Source of the DNA: a virus | Reading direction: 5' to 3' (one strand) | Length of the DNA: 64,000 nt | Virus record (IMG/VR): IMGVR_UViG_3300031951_000060 | Location: 36,598-100,597 of that record | Part shown: piece after piece, positions 63,886-64,000 of the stretch | How positions within the stretch are numbered: the stretch's first letter is position 1 | Layout: every line of letters starts with the position of its first letter | Notes under the pieces: generated by a model | Database searches by the model: none | The model's input: the letters and a program-made list of their open reading frames with translations, nothing else | Told to the model about the DNA's origin: nothing | Made by a program: the position numbers and the translations under genes

Positions 63886-63944
63886 TAAAAAGTGAGCAGT
63901 TTATACTCATGCTCAGGAGTTGCGATTACTTTTTACGCAATCGC
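63886..63944 (-). other. 3' UTR hairpin + H-type pseudoknot + U-tract
   Basis: ACTC-C-TGAGCA-T-GAGT-ATAAAC-TGCTCA-CTTTTT on minus strand. Confidence 0.5.
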
Positions 63945-64000
63945 TAAGACATTGCGAACAACGCCAAGCAGACGATTCTTTTCTGCTGTAATCATCGGGT
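63933..64000 (-). CDS. C-terminal fragment of a gene (possibly DUF932 family) cut by window end
   Basis: ...PMITAEKNRLLGVVRNVLAIA-stop; family assignment from recollection only. Confidence 0.35.
   Translation of the reverse strand, partial: PMITAEKNRLLGVVRNVLAIA

Noticed and set aside
1-64000. Alternative genetic code or suppressor tRNA
   Set aside because: Long genes are intact in code 11, all three stops are used, and no tRNA has a stop anticodon

Overview
A 64-kb, AT-rich segment of a large tailed dsDNA phage. The gene set resembles large Streptomyces-type siphoviruses. WhiB, an actinobacterial-type ferredoxin, ribosomal protein bS22 and many apparently leaderless genes point to a freshwater-type Actinobacteria host (inference). 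Layout: 1-14.8 kb tail module, starting inside a very large tape measure protein that carries extra enzyme-like domains. 14.8-28.2 kb replication/recombination (DnaB, DnaG, SSB, DnaE, MazG-like, RecA, Cas4-like, RuvC-like), interrupted by an AhpD-like + flavin-dependent halogenase pair. 28.9-31.2 kb terminase. 31.2-37.8 kb surface proteins, lysins and proteases. 37.8-38.1 kb four tRNAs. 38-54.7 kb accessory region (carbamoyltransferase, SGNH-like pair, 2OG-Fe(II) oxygenases, GlcNAc transferases, APS kinase fusion, WhiB, Hsp20 with ROSE-like leader, HNH, AdoMetDC, bS22, thioredoxin). From 54.7 kb genes run mostly on the minus strand: three tRNAs, a deaminase, an unannotated structured RNA, sulfotransferase-like genes, a DnaA-box/repeat-rich putative origin at about 59.8-60.7 kb, and early-type small genes. 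Most notable: phage-encoded bS22, a HipA/PI3K-like kinase domain inside the tape measure protein, two candidate novel ncRNAs, a possible minimal PAPS synthase plus sulfotransferases, and a DnaA-box cluster. All calls come from reading motifs by eye; no database searches were run.
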